This document shows, piece after piece, positions 17,637 through 26,914 of a DNA stretch of 40,991 bases. The DNA comes from an uncultured Thermoplasmata archaeon (GTDB taxonomy: Archaea > Thermoplasmatota > Thermoplasmata > Halarchaeoplasmatales > Halarchaeoplasmataceae). How positions within the stretch are numbered: position 1 is the stretch's first letter; every line of letters begins with the position of its first letter. The notes below the pieces were generated by a model, which had not been told where the DNA came from, made no database searches, and was given only the letters and a program-made list of their open reading frames with translations. The stretch lies in assembly GCA_964398905.1 (NCBI GenBank), contig CAYNOV010000002.1:1-40991 (forward strand), given 5' to 3'. The position numbers and the translations under genes are program-made.

Positions 17637-17882
17637 CTTTTGACCATCTGATTTTCAAATTTATTAATTGATAACCGACGGGAACATTATTTTTATTCTC
17701 TATCTTAAAATATATTAAAATTCTCCTCCTCTGTTCGTCAGACGGATCCTTGCTTCAGGGTGAAAATACCCTCTTTTAACCCCTAATTTGCCTGGATAAT
17801 AACGAAACATATTTATATTAATAGTATATTATGGGTCTGGGAGTTGGGTATGACGCCATCTCCGAAGTAGGAGGTAAAAATA

Positions 17883-18104
17883 ATGAGCATGGAAAAAATA
17901 AGTGTTGGAAAAGCCAAAGAGATAGCCGATGAAAAAGGCTTAAAACCCGGACTAGTCAAAGGTACTGACGGTATACAGTTCACCAAAGGAAACAATGATA
18001 GGATCGAAACGGTTTCTTGGGAAGAATTCGAAGAGAAACTTGAAGAAAGAGATCTCGCTGTTTTCGAATCAGGCGGCTGGATGAAGATAATGAGTGATGA
18101 ATGA
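17883..18104 (+). CDS. small acidic hypothetical protein (73 aa)
   Basis: GGAGGT at 17870..17875 lies 7 nt before the ATG. An AT-rich TATA-like TTTATATTAATA lies about 60 nt upstream. A hairpin plus T-tract follows the gene. No family recognised. Confidence 0.6.
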   Translation: MSMEKISVGKAKEIADEKGLKPGLVKGTDGIQFTKGNNDRIETVSWEEFEEKLEERDLAVFESGGWMKIMSDE

Positions 18105-18106
18105 AC

Positions 18107-18147
18107 GAGGACTGAGTAATACTCGGTCCTCTTTTTCTTTTTTATTT
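18107..18147 (+). terminator. hairpin plus oligo-T terminator-like element
   Basis: GAGGACTGAG (18107..18116) pairs with CTCGGTCCTC (18122..18131) as 10 bp with one G-T wobble and a 5-nt loop. TTTTTCTTTTTTATTT follows. Confidence 0.5.
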
Positions 18148-18199
18148 AACTCTCTTGCTTAGATAAATCTTTTTTACTTTGAACTGTGTTAGTCATCTG

Positions 18200-19876
18200 A
18201 TGATAGAGATAACTGATAGATGGGGTCTAGCCAAACGGGGAAAATGGAATATCAAGAATAAAGAAATAGAGACACCTAATATTTTTTTTCTTCAAGGTGA
18301 TCTATTCGATCCACCTGAGGATTCTGAACTGACTCTTTCTGTAGATGGAAGTTCGGACTTTAAAACCCCAAGTTCTTTTTTCAACTTTGAAGAAGAAAGT
18401 GATTTTCCTTCTGCATTTGCCTATCCCGGAGATATGATCGACGGTTTGGTAGACGAAATAGGGGGCGATGAAAAGATACAGATCATTTTCGATCAAGCTC
18501 CTGATCCTGATGCAGAACTTTATGTAATCGGAAATGCGCCTGAACTTTATAAGAGAAGCGATCGATTGTATGAAAAGATAATAAGCCTTAGGAGAAAAAT
18601 AGATTATCATAAACTCCTATATCTACCAGGTATAGTTCAGCCTAACAACATGGCACTGATGACTTATCTCGGTGTTGATCTTTTTGATTCTGCATATTCG
18701 GAGACGATGGGAGTTGAAGGAGTCGAATTATCTGATTGGATAGGCTTCCCGGGAACTTCAGAGAATAATTCTCGCCACCTATTGGACGAACTACGCCTTA
18801 TTCGAAAAAGCATCCAAAATCATCGTATAAGAGAACTGGTAGAGGTCCGTTCAAGGGTCGAACCTTGGCAGGTAGAACTTATTAGGAAAGCTGATGAAGA
18901 TTTCAAAATCTTTTCCAAAGGTGTTCCTGTTAGTGGAGATGATTTTTCCGTCACAACTAGAGAAAGCTTGAACAGACCAGACATCGTGAGATTCAAGCGT
19001 AGAATAAAAGATAGATATTCTCCACCGGATAGAGATGTACTGCTTTTGTTTCCTTGTTCAGCTAGGAAACCTTATTTTCAGTCTCGAACTCATCGCAGGT
19101 TTAGAGAAGCTACTCGAGAAATCGATTGGACAAGTCTGCAAGAAGTCACTCTCACATCTCCGTTAGGAGCAGTCCCTAGAGAATTGGAGCTCTTCTATCC
19201 TGCTCAACAGTACGATATTCCAGTAACACATCGATGGTTTGAGGAAGAAAAAAAGATGATCCTTGAGCATCTCCAATCAATAATAGAAAAAGGTGATTAC
19301 CAAACAATAATATCCCATCTACCTGAAAGCATGTCTTTTGTGAGTGATGAGATCGACGGGATAGACACCTCTAGAGGTTATCACCCAACATCAGACGAAG
19401 CCATAGAATATTTAGCAGATAAGTTGAAAGAAGTTGTTGGGAAGGAAAGAGGAGACGGACAGGGATTTTTACAGCAAAATCTAGAGTCTTTTTCTAAGTT
19501 CCAGTTCGGAAGAGGAGGTGAACGTCTTCTTGATGGAGCAATTATAAAGGGGAAATATCCATGGTATAAGATAATGGGTGATGATGATCAGAGAGGCATG
19601 TTGGTACCTCAAAGAGGATTGATATCACTAACATTAGAGGGTGCGGAATTATTGAAAAAAGAAGAAATAGCTTTAGTGGAAATAGACGATTTCGTACCTA
19701 AAGGCAGTGTCTTTGCGGTCGGCGTGAAAGATGCAGATAAAAGTATAAGACCGGAAGAAGAAGCTTTAGTTATACATGAAGGAGAATTAAGAGGCGTCGG
19801 TCCAGCAGTGATGTCTGGAGAGGAGATGATGCGAGCTGAAAAAGGAGAAGCGATCAGATTAAGGCATCACCTTTGA
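18200..19876 (+). CDS. arcS: archaeosine synthase ArcS (TGT-like N-terminus, DUF5591 core, C-terminal PUA)
   Basis: FPCSARKPY matches the PC[ST]xxKPY signature of ArcS as I recall it. The N-terminus MIEITDRWGLAKRGKW is TGT-like. The C-terminus is PUA-like. The track start at 18179 is TTG, so I prefer ATG at 18200. Confidence 0.75.
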   Translation: MIEITDRWGLAKRGKWNIKNKEIETPNIFFLQGDLFDPPEDSELTLSVDGSSDFKTPSSFFNFEEESDFPSAFAYPGDMIDGLVDEIGGDEKIQIIFDQAPDPDAELYVIGNAPELYKRSDRLYEKIISLRRKIDYHKLLYLPGIVQPNNMALMTYLGVDLFDSAYSETMGVEGVELSDWIGFPGTSENNSRHLLDELRLIRKSIQNHRIRELVEVRSRVEPWQVELIRKADEDFKIFSKGVPVSGDDFSVTTRESLNRPDIVRFKRRIKDRYSPPDRDVLLLFPCSARKPYFQSRTHRRFREATREIDWTSLQEVTLTSPLGAVPRELELFYPAQQYDIPVTHRWFEEEKKMILEHLQSIIEKGDYQTIISHLPESMSFVSDEIDGIDTSRGYHPTSDEAIEYLADKLKEVVGKERGDGQGFLQQNLESFSKFQFGRGGERLLDGAIIKGKYPWYKIMGDDDQRGMLVPQRGLISLTLEGAELLKKEEIALVEIDDFVPKGSVFAVGVKDADKSIRPEEEALVIHEGELRGVGPAVMSGEEMMRAEKGEAIRLRHHL

Positions 19877-19881
19877 AGTCT

Positions 19882-21411
19882 TCATATCTTTTTTATATCA
19901 GGATGTTTTTCAAGTATCATACCTTCTACTTTTAATGGTTTTAGATGATTAGCCAGGTCCACAGCTTTTTTCAATTTAGATTCATGATCAGAAAATATGG
20001 TGTAAAGTTCTTCATCATTATCGACTTTATCTCCTTTTTTCTTGTTCAAACTTATCCCTGCTTTTTTGCTGTTCGGTCCTCCTGCTGCTCTCACTATCTG
20101 TATCATCTCATCGTTGTTTATACTGTCGACATAGCCCTCATCTTTTGAAAGTATATCTTTAGAGTATTGTCCGATTTCAACCTCATTTGAGCTGATTTCT
20201 GGATCGCCTCCCTGTCTATCTATAATCTCCTTCATCTTGTCCAAAGCTTTGCCACTTTCTAAGATACTTTTTGCCTCTTCTTTTCCGTCTTTGATCTCGC
20301 CTTGCTCTAATACCATACCGGCGAGTGTAGTTGATTTTTCTATCAAGCTCGAAGGTACTGACTTCCCTTCTAGAGCCATCAGAGCCTCTTTTGCCTCGAT
20401 AGCGGGTCCTATAGTGTTCCCTATAGGCTGACCTCCATAGCTGAGTGCGCAAGAGGTCTCGATCCCTATCTCTTCACCTAAAGAAACAAAGTCTCTTGCA
20501 TATTTCCGCCCGAGTTCTATGCTCTCAACTTTAGTGTTGGGTCCTACTGGAATATCCATCACAAGATATTCGGCTCCAGCCGCTTTTTTCTTCGCCAGGA
20601 CAGAAGCAAGCACCTGAGGATAAGGATCGATCCTCAAAGGATATTCAGCTCTTATGATTATATCGTCGCTCGGTGCTAGATTTACTGCGCCACCCCATGC
20701 AATAGTTCCTCCAACATCTTCCGCGATCTCTTTGATCTCTCCGATGCTGAGGTCTACATTGGCTAAGGTCTCGAAAATATCTGCGGTCCCTCCTGCACTC
20801 GAGATCGCTCGAGAGCTAGTTTTAGGGATCATCATACCCGCGGCAGCGACTATTGGGACTATTAGAAGTGTTATCTTATTTCCTGGAACACCGCCTATAC
20901 TATGATGATCAAAGACCGGATGTCTTTCGAATTCTATCGTATCTCCTGTTTCTACCATCGCATCGATGAGATGTTTGATCTCTCTTTGGTTCATCCCTTG
21001 CGAATACGTGCCAGACACGTAAGCAGACAACTCGATATCTGAAAGACGATGATCCACTATGTCCTGGATTATCTCTCTTATACCGTGTTCGGATAGTTCT
21101 CGACCCTGGAGTTTTTCTATGATGTGCTCGACGGATTCTGGTCGATCGGCGGGTTTGACAGTTACCGGCTCACCACCTCCCACTCCAAGCTTTTCGCAGA
21201 CATCTTTTACAAGGCCGACCTCTCCTACATCAACCAAAGTTTCTGAAGTCTTCACTACAGCGGTCAATTTTTTATTTCCATGGTTCAAATTCACTCGATC
21301 CTGACTCGTCGCTCCCATCTCTTTTGAGTCTTTCAGATTCAATATCACCATTTGATCACGGGCATCGATATCTATCGTCTTCGTTTTCAATTCCAAAAAG
21401 ATCACTTCCAT
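19882..21411 (-). CDS. deoA: AMP phosphorylase (thymidine-phosphorylase family with N-terminal extension)
   Basis: 509 aa. About 85 aa of extra N-terminal domain precede a pyrimidine-nucleoside-phosphorylase core (HSIGGVPGNK, GGTADI). Overlaps the rbcL stop by 10 nt. Confidence 0.85.
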   Translation of the reverse strand: MEVIFLELKTKTIDIDARDQMVILNLKDSKEMGATSQDRVNLNHGNKKLTAVVKTSETLVDVGEVGLVKDVCEKLGVGGGEPVTVKPADRPESVEHIIEKLQGRELSEHGIREIIQDIVDHRLSDIELSAYVSGTYSQGMNQREIKHLIDAMVETGDTIEFERHPVFDHHSIGGVPGNKITLLIVPIVAAAGMMIPKTSSRAISSAGGTADIFETLANVDLSIGEIKEIAEDVGGTIAWGGAVNLAPSDDIIIRAEYPLRIDPYPQVLASVLAKKKAAGAEYLVMDIPVGPNTKVESIELGRKYARDFVSLGEEIGIETSCALSYGGQPIGNTIGPAIEAKEALMALEGKSVPSSLIEKSTTLAGMVLEQGEIKDGKEEAKSILESGKALDKMKEIIDRQGGDPEISSNEVEIGQYSKDILSKDEGYVDSINNDEMIQIVRAAGGPNSKKAGISLNKKKGDKVDNDEELYTIFSDHESKLKKAVDLANHLKPLKVEGMILEKHPDIKKI

Positions 21412-22631
21412 TTTTCTAGTGCTTTATTCAATTCTTCATGCTTTTCTGCGTAATCCGTAAGACTTTCACTTTGGTAAGCTGCATCGACCGCTTGCTTCAA
21501 GGCTTTTGCGCCAGCTCTAACACCGTCAGGATGTCCTGACACCCCTCCACCTGCCTGTATCTGCACGTCCATACCGCTCATCTCGATAAGTTCAGGAACG
21601 AGTCCTGGATGTAGTCCTCCGCTTGCAACTGGCATCACCTTTGGGAGTCCATGCATTCCTTCCAAAAGAATCCTTTTAGATCTCAACTCTTCTTCAACCT
21701 CAGCATGCATCTTTCCCGCTCCATAGGTACCTATATGTAGAGCGTCACCTCCCGCCATCCTAACTATCTTAGCTATAACGGACATAGAAATACCATGTTC
21801 TGGATTTTTTGTGATCGCACCGTGCATCGCTCTGTGAACATGGATGGGAACGTCTACAGATGGATCTTCAGCGAGAGCTTGAAGACCAGAAAACCCAACT
21901 GTCAATACATCTATCATCAGTTGTCTAGCCCCGTTCTCTAATGCAATGTCAGCAGCTTCGAGGATACGGTGACCAGAGGTACTGATGTTATGGGCGTGTA
22001 TCATCTGGTGTCCTTCCTCTTCAAGTTCGTCCAACTTTTCGCTTACTTTGCTTACTCTTTCTTCAAGAGGACAGAAATCCTGGTCCACTAATGTCTCGTC
22101 GTCTTTTGAATTGGTGAGCCCTCCTTTTCCCGCGTCATAAACATAATCTGCGAAATCTTTAGGTGGTAAACCGATCTTCGGCTTGACGATCGTTCCGACG
22201 AGAGGTCTCTCAGGTCTATCTAATATGTTCCTTAGACCTTCTATACCGAACTGTGGTCCCGGATATTTTTCTACGATCTTTGACGGGAACTTAAGATCCA
22301 CTAATCTCACGCCTTCAAGTGATTCCAGCCCGAACAAGTTGCCTGCTATGATGCTCAGTATCTGTGGTATCTCTCCGATATCTCCAGAAAAATCTATCAT
22401 CGGGTAACCTATACGGACTCTGTTCCCCTCAGCCATTGTGACTTTACCTCCGTATTTATGAAATATATCTTCTGAAAGTGTTGTAGGATGAGTCCAAGTC
22501 CCGGTGGATTCTTCTTCGGCTATCCTCTTTCCCGCATCCTTTATATCTAGATCAGTTTTCACGGTATACTCACATATGACATAATCTTCAGGATCTAATT
22601 CTTCCTCTAAAGCTAAATAATCTATACTCAT
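21402..22631 (-). CDS. rbcL: ribulose-1,5-bisphosphate carboxylase large subunit, form III
   Basis: All catalytic positions I can place are retained (spinach numbering): STGTWT, GNLFG (N123), KPK (K175/K177), KDDE (K201/D203/E204), HVHRAMH (H294/R295), GGDALHIGT (H327), GK (K334), PVASGG, GGGVSGHP. Confidence 0.9.
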   Translation of the reverse strand: MSIDYLALEEELDPEDYVICEYTVKTDLDIKDAGKRIAEEESTGTWTHPTTLSEDIFHKYGGKVTMAEGNRVRIGYPMIDFSGDIGEIPQILSIIAGNLFGLESLEGVRLVDLKFPSKIVEKYPGPQFGIEGLRNILDRPERPLVGTIVKPKIGLPPKDFADYVYDAGKGGLTNSKDDETLVDQDFCPLEERVSKVSEKLDELEEEGHQMIHAHNISTSGHRILEAADIALENGARQLMIDVLTVGFSGLQALAEDPSVDVPIHVHRAMHGAITKNPEHGISMSVIAKIVRMAGGDALHIGTYGAGKMHAEVEEELRSKRILLEGMHGLPKVMPVASGGLHPGLVPELIEMSGMDVQIQAGGGVSGHPDGVRAGAKALKQAVDAAYQSESLTDYAEKHEELNKALEKWK

Positions 22632-23545
22632 CTTTTCATCTCCTCCATTATCCTATAAGCTCCTTCGGGTGATATGACTCCCTTTTCAGTGATTATCGAG
22701 TCGATATATTTTGGCGGCGTAGCATCGAAAACAGGATTGCTTATCTCTACACCTGGAAAATCTTTGGGATCGACTATCTCTGAAGCATCCCTTTCTTCGA
22801 TCTCGACCAGATCTCCAAATTCAGTCATTTTTGAAAATTTGTATGACTCAGCACAAACCGTGAAAGGGACCCTAGCCTCATCAGCGCAAAGTGCTACTTG
22901 AGAAGTACCTATCTTATTGATAACCGCTCCGTTAGAAGCGATGGTGTCCGCCCCAACATAGACTTTATCCACGTCCTTGATTTTATGTCTAACAGCCGAA
23001 TCAACAATCAGAGTAACATCTATATCGTAATCGGAAAGTTCTCTTACAGTTATATATCCCTGTTTTTTTGGTCTAGATTCAGTGGCAATAACTTCAATAT
23101 CTTTTCCTTGGTCATTTGCATATTTTATTGCTCCTAATGCCATAGAACTGTTGCAATGAGTTAAGATAACATCGCCATCACTGATCCTTTTACCACCGTA
23201 TTCAGAGATCTTCTCTTTCGCCTCTAGAGAATCCTTGATAAATTTTGATGCCCTTTCTTTTATGTCTTCTTGAAGAGCCTCTACCTCGTTTTTTTCGCTC
23301 TGGATCACGAAATCTATTGCATTGTCCAAGGAGACGGCTGTAGGTCTAGTGGACTTCAATCTTATTGCAGCCCTTTCGATCTCAGATTTAAGAGCATCTC
23401 TATCTGTTCCCTCAAAGTCTTCAGCGACTTTCTTTAAAGCTAGAGCTGTGGCTCTAGCGATTTTTGCCGCACCTCTTATCTCCATGGTCTCTATCTTTTT
23501 GCATATCTCTTCTAAGTCTTCACCCTCTAAGTCTTCAAACTCCAT
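22628..23545 (-). CDS. ribose-1,5-bisphosphate isomerase (eIF-2B alpha/beta/delta-like, e2b2)
   Basis: eIF-2B-like fold pattern: IRGA..IA, THCNS, VGADTIASNGAVINKIGT. Overlaps the rbcL start by 4 nt. Confidence 0.85.
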   Translation of the reverse strand: MEFEDLEGEDLEEICKKIETMEIRGAAKIARATALALKKVAEDFEGTDRDALKSEIERAAIRLKSTRPTAVSLDNAIDFVIQSEKNEVEALQEDIKERASKFIKDSLEAKEKISEYGGKRISDGDVILTHCNSSMALGAIKYANDQGKDIEVIATESRPKKQGYITVRELSDYDIDVTLIVDSAVRHKIKDVDKVYVGADTIASNGAVINKIGTSQVALCADEARVPFTVCAESYKFSKMTEFGDLVEIEERDASEIVDPKDFPGVEISNPVFDATPPKYIDSIITEKGVISPEGAYRIMEEMKR

Positions 23546-23600
23546 GATAATATGTTTAATACTCGAACAGGCATAAAATATTTTGGTAAGAACTTAGTGT

Positions 23601-24236
23601 TTACAGCTCATCTAACAATATTCTAAGATCTTTTTCAGTTATGACTTTGTCAGCGGCTTCTTTTATTTTTTCATCAGCAGGATTGAAAGCTATTCCTTTT
23701 GCTGCTTTTTTCAACATGGGGGCGTCAGTACGACTGTTTCCTATCGCGGCTGTATGTTTTCGGTCAATACTCATCTCGGCAAGAAGTCTATCCATTGCCT
23801 CCCCTTTATCCCTAAGTTTGACTTCAATAATGCCTTCACCGGTCAGTTTCCCATTTTTTTCCTCCAGTTCATTAGCCATTATTCTATCGAATTTATCTCC
23901 TCCGATGTGTTCTGCTAGGACTTTAAGGCCGCCGCTTATTATCGCGGTTCGATATTTTTCGCATATGAGAGGGATTGTTTCATCAAAACCATCTATAAGG
24001 GGTATCTTTTTAACTATTTTGAGCACATCTTTTCTGGATATTTCTCTATCTGCTTCTTTCCAGAGCTCTATATCCCTCCTTATGAATTCTAGATCATCGA
24101 TCTTTCCTTCTTTGTACGCCTTTAAAGAATCATCGTTATTCACATCGAAATGATCGTGTACCCAGGCCCATGAACTGATCGCATCGACCAGAACGCCATC
24201 CATATCAAAGATCACTAGCTGTATCTCAGAATTCAT
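23601..24236 (-). CDS. HAD-IB hydrolase, phosphoserine-phosphatase (SerB)-like
   Basis: Motif I is FDMDGVL. Also SGG, K...GNSRTDAPML, and a C-terminal IAFNPADEKIKEAADKVI..KDLRILL that resembles archaeal SerB. The substrate is not certain. Confidence 0.7.
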   Translation of the reverse strand: MNSEIQLVIFDMDGVLVDAISSWAWVHDHFDVNNDDSLKAYKEGKIDDLEFIRRDIELWKEADREISRKDVLKIVKKIPLIDGFDETIPLICEKYRTAIISGGLKVLAEHIGGDKFDRIMANELEEKNGKLTGEGIIEVKLRDKGEAMDRLLAEMSIDRKHTAAIGNSRTDAPMLKKAAKGIAFNPADEKIKEAADKVITEKDLRILLDEL

Positions 24237-26131
24237 ATCTCAGAGATCACCTCCATCTCTTTTTTGTAGTTTTTCAGAGCTTCAAAACCCCTTTCCAACT
24301 CATTTTCTTTTTTAGCCTGATTAGCTTTTTTCAGGTAAGTGATCGTTTTCTTGACATCCACCTCGTCGCTTTTTACACCTCTGAGTGTTTTTTTAGCGTT
24401 TTCGATCTCACCTCTCAGAAAGTTGACCAATTTCTCCTGGAGCTCATCTTCGCAGGCATCTATATTCTCTTTAACACTATCAAATCTTTTCTTCTCGAAC
24501 TCATCTTTCGCTTTTTCCAGTTTTTCTTCTACACTATCGGTTTCAAAGCCTATCTCGACTGCATCTTCGATTATACCTTCTATTTTAGAGATTTTTTCAG
24601 ATAAATTTTCTTCTCGCTTTTTCAGAGATTCCAAACGTTCTTCAGTATCCTTTAATAGATTCAGGGCTTCAAAGTGATCCTCTTTTTCAACCAGTTTTTC
24701 TAATTCATCTCTTGGGAACTCCTCCTCAAAACCATTCTCTTCGAATCTCTTCTTCAATCTTTCTACTTGTTCTTTGATCTTTTTTTCAAAAGATTCTTTG
24801 AATTGGTCGAATTTTGCTATCGCCTCTTCGTGCTTTTCTTCTTCTTTAAGACCTATAATTTCATCTCTAATTTCTTTCTCTTCGCTCAGCTCTAGATCAG
24901 CTATTTCGATTTCTAGCAAAGATTTCATCTCGGAGATTTTCTCCTCCAATTCTTTTTCCTTCGCTTCCTCTTCTTTCTTTGCTTTTTCTTTTTCGATATC
25001 CTCCAAAGTATTTTCTAACTCCGGTATCAGTTCTCCTATCATTTCGAGCGCTTCTTGTTCTTCCCCGGATTCGATTTTTTCCATAACCTGATCTAAACCT
25101 TTCCTGAATTCAGACCCATCTTCCCTTTTTTCGATCTCATCGATGAGCTTCTCTGCCTCTCTGATCTTTCCATATAATTTGTTGATCGTATCGATCGAAT
25201 CAAGAGTTTTTTTACACAGACAAAGACCTTCGGCCAGATCTCCCTGATTTTTCAGAGATCTTGCTTCGTTGATTTTTTCTCGGAAGTAATCTATAGGCAT
25301 CTCTTTACCTATATCTGATATAGAACTATCAGCTTCCTCAATCGTACTTTCGATAAATTCTTCCAGCCAAACTTCATCGATTTTCTTTTGAAGATGGTTT
25401 TTGATCTCTGCTTCGAGTTGTTTAGCTTTCTTAGAAGCTGTTCTGAACTCACCCAATTCACAACCTTTATAGACTTTCTTCACTTCATCTTCAAATTTGG
25501 GATCCTCATTTTTTTCAGAGATCGGATCGAGATAGTAATCGATCTTTTTTAACGAGTTCATTATCTCTTCAGTATAGTTCAAACTTTCATCTAGTTTTTG
25601 TGATAACTCTTCGCAACTTTCCTTATCCCCCTCTTGTCCAGCATGCTTGAATTCACTCAAATAGTTTTTTGGATATTTCATATCGAGACCTTCTCGTTCA
25701 AACCTATCGATCTTATTTTGGAAAGAGTTGACTTCTTCTTTGATATCGATCGATATAGATTCTTCTTTTTCTTCATCTTTTTTCTCTTCTTCCTCAACCT
25801 CAAATATAGCTCCGCAGTTTGGGCATTCAGAATCGTCTTCACCGACTTCACTATCGCAGATAGGGCAGGCGAAGGTAACGACTTCCTCGACATCTTCGAC
25901 CCCTTCACCTCCAGAACCTAGTTCCTTTATAGCTTCTATCAATTCTTCGTCCTCCCCTTCTTCTACAATAAGTTCTTTGACTTTTTCGATAGATTCTTCT
26001 GGGATGTCCTCTTCAATATCCAAATCGAACTCGAACATATCCAATAATGCTCCACACTCGGGACATTTTTCCTTTTCATCTGGGATATCCGATTCACAGA
26101 CCGGACAGGTTTCGGAAGATTTCTGGGCCAC
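24233..26131 (-). CDS. double zinc-ribbon protein with a long acidic helical/coiled-coil region
   Basis: Two zinc ribbons, CPVC-x12-CPEC and CPIC-x12-CPNC, lie in the first ~110 aa. About 500 aa of E/K-rich helical sequence follows. GTG start has GAGGTG 8 nt upstream. 4-nt overlap with the HAD gene. Confidence 0.7.
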   Translation of the reverse strand: MAQKSSETCPVCESDIPDEKEKCPECGALLDMFEFDLDIEEDIPEESIEKVKELIVEEGEDEELIEAIKELGSGGEGVEDVEEVVTFACPICDSEVGEDDSECPNCGAIFEVEEEEKKDEEKEESISIDIKEEVNSFQNKIDRFEREGLDMKYPKNYLSEFKHAGQEGDKESCEELSQKLDESLNYTEEIMNSLKKIDYYLDPISEKNEDPKFEDEVKKVYKGCELGEFRTASKKAKQLEAEIKNHLQKKIDEVWLEEFIESTIEEADSSISDIGKEMPIDYFREKINEARSLKNQGDLAEGLCLCKKTLDSIDTINKLYGKIREAEKLIDEIEKREDGSEFRKGLDQVMEKIESGEEQEALEMIGELIPELENTLEDIEKEKAKKEEEAKEKELEEKISEMKSLLEIEIADLELSEEKEIRDEIIGLKEEEKHEEAIAKFDQFKESFEKKIKEQVERLKKRFEENGFEEEFPRDELEKLVEKEDHFEALNLLKDTEERLESLKKREENLSEKISKIEGIIEDAVEIGFETDSVEEKLEKAKDEFEKKRFDSVKENIDACEDELQEKLVNFLRGEIENAKKTLRGVKSDEVDVKKTITYLKKANQAKKENELERGFEALKNYKKEMEVISEI

Positions 26132-26233
26132 TCAAAAGCACCTCTGCGTTCATGTTTACCCTTTAGATGGATATAAATCTTTTACCTATCGCCCTATAAT
26201 ATAGATCGAAAGTGATTTTTTCTTTACCATTCA

Positions 26234-26914
26234 TCATATTCCGATCAATATCTGCATCAGATGATACAATATGAACGAAGTGAAAATACCATTCAAGGCC
26301 ATACCCAAACCACTAACAGCTCCGCTCAATTCGTCCTCTTTGATGATCTGTGCAGTTCCCAATCCGTGAGCCGTCACTCCCATAGAGAGCCCCCTAGCTA
26401 CTCTGTCTTCGACTCTGAAGAAATCTAGCACTGGGATGCCTATCGAATTTCCTAGGATTCCCGTGATTATCACCAATATCGCAGTTAAGGAAGATATACC
26501 TCCTATTTGCTCACTCACACCTATAGCTATAGGAGTTGTTACACTCTTCGGCGCGATGCTCAAAAGCAGATCATTACTTCCACCGAGGATATATGCTATG
26601 AGGATAGCGCTCAGTATTGCTGTCAAGCCACCAAATACGACACCAGAAGATATCTGTACGGTATAATCTTTGACCACTTTTCTTTTCTTGTATAATGGGA
26701 TCGCTAAACTAACGACCGCAGGACCCAACAAAAAGCTCAATATCCTAGCGCTTTCCATGTATGACTCGTAACTTATATCGGCCATATACAAGATCAATAT
26801 GATAAATATGATCGAAAGCATGACTGGATTGAGATAAAATTTACTTTTCGTCTCGTAAAGCTTTTTAAAAATAAAAAAGATCAATATGGTCAGAAAAATC
26901 CCTAATACGTTCAT
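26234..26914 (-). CDS. lrgB: LrgB/CidB family membrane protein
   Basis: 226 aa polytopic membrane protein with an LrgB-like G-rich pattern (GVSEQIGG, GNSIG, HGLGTA). Overlaps lrgA by 4 nt. Confidence 0.75.
   Translation of the reverse strand: MNVLGIFLTILIFFIFKKLYETKSKFYLNPVMLSIIFIILILYMADISYESYMESARILSFLLGPAVVSLAIPLYKKRKVVKDYTVQISSGVVFGGLTAILSAILIAYILGGSNDLLLSIAPKSVTTPIAIGVSEQIGGISSLTAILVIITGILGNSIGIPVLDFFRVEDRVARGLSMGVTAHGLGTAQIIKEDELSGAVSGLGMALNGIFTSFILYHLMQILIGI

Noticed and set aside
18094-18216. C/D box sRNA-like boxes: GUGAUGA at 18094, CUGA at 18112, UGAUGA at 18199, CUGA at 18213.
   Set aside because: The D' to C' spacing of about 83 nt is far too long for an archaeal C/D sRNA. The boxes also fall inside the end of one CDS and the start of ArcS. 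They are most likely chance occurrences.
21402-22631. Possibility that the RuBisCO homologue is a form IV RuBisCO-like protein.
   Set aside because: The carbamylated Lys, the Mg ligands (KDDE) and the other catalytic residues are all present. The gene also sits between R15P isomerase and AMP phosphorylase.
24339-26204. Plus-strand Ser-rich ORFs (24339..24677, 24774..25091, 25634..25921, 25728..26204) and the minus-strand ORF 25678..25908.
   Set aside because: They are antisense or out-of-frame shadows of the acidic zinc-ribbon coiled-coil gene. The compositional artefact is the same as above.
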